From an uncultured Chloroflexia bacterium (GTDB taxonomy: Bacteria > Chloroflexota > Anaerolineae > CG2-30-64-16): a DNA stretch of 64,000 bases. The notes beneath the pieces were generated by a model. That model was not told where the DNA came from, made no database searches, and saw nothing but the letters and a program-made list of their open reading frames with translations. Of the stretch, positions 63,645 through 64,000 are shown in pieces (the stretch's first letter is position 1; each line of letters begins with the position of its first letter). Both the position numbers and the translations under genes were made by a program. The stretch covers positions 301,844 to 365,843 of the forward strand of contig CAWEMM010000011.1 of assembly GCA_963810095.1 (NCBI GenBank), written 5' to 3'.

Positions 63645-63740
63645 TTGGCGGGGGCCGGCTGGCCCCCGCCACCCTCAGTCTGAGGGTTTCTTCTTTTTGG
63701 CGGAGGCCGGCTGGCCCCCGCCACCCCCGCCTCGGGGGCA
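63645..63740 (-). repeat. two inverted copies of the GC-rich element seen at 3990-4280
   Basis: ttggcggaggccggctggcccccgccacccccgcctcggggg is a near-exact reverse complement of cccccgaggcgggggcggcgggggccagccggccctcgccaa. Confidence 0.85.
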
Positions 63741-63741
63741 T

Positions 63742-64000
63742 TGTATAGACCGGGGACATAGTAGACAGTCGTTCGGAGACATGGTAGACGCTAGAATGGG
63801 CATAACTGCCACCGGAAGGAGGCTGATATGCCCTGGCGAGAGGCAAATGCCATGTCCTTACGGATCTTGATTTCGTGACCCGAGCTGGTCACGAAGCTGC
63901 TAACGCGCGGGCCTGGTGCCGCGAGTCTCGGTATCAGCCCGAACACTGCGTACAAGTGGCTTGTGCGCTACCAGGCGGCGGGGCCCGCGCCGGCCATTGG
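63742..64000 (+). mobile_element. IS481-family element, left end and start of transposase (truncated)
   Basis: Begins TGT; subterminal repeats gacatagtagac/gacatggtagac; aggagg RBS, ATG 63828 MPWREANAMSLR...GISPNTAYKWLVRY, an HTH typical of IS481 transposases. Confidence 0.8.

Overview
GC-rich bacterial window, most consistent with Chloroflexota (Anaerolineae/Caldilineae-like). The lineage is inferred from Pro/Thr/Ala-linker lipoproteins, C-terminal LPL(V/I) motifs, a pan-motif leader and the type of intergenic palindromes. Many genes, including housekeeping ones, carry 1-bp frameshifts, and these become dense in the repetitive giant genes and toward the right end, which points to long-read consensus errors rather than pseudogenes. 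Left part: a catabolic/uptake cluster (hydrolase, M29 peptidase, two acyl-CoA ligases, nitroreductase, two MaoC proteins, Liv-type ABC), then mutY, fni plus a polyprenyl synthase, acpP, mobA, ctaB, galE, msrA and a Ugp-like ABC transporter. Middle: a secreted beta-propeller, a ~2300-aa repeat surface protein, a glycogen-synthase-like glycosyltransferase, an orphan ParA with a small partner, and panBECD-coaX with a pan RNA leader and attenuator. Right part (43-63.5 kb) holds the main discovery candidate, a non-cellulosomal cohesin-dockerin surface-assembly locus. Three very large secreted proteins with unrelated N-termini (an M12B metalloprotease and two beta-helix proteins) share a ~500-aa C-terminal beta-helix/cohesin/X/dockerin module. 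Between them lie five tandem single-cohesin proteins with four kinds of C-terminal anchor or sorting tail. The window ends in the left end of an IS481-family element inserted in a REP-like hairpin. Domain calls come from motif recognition by eye; no database searches were run.
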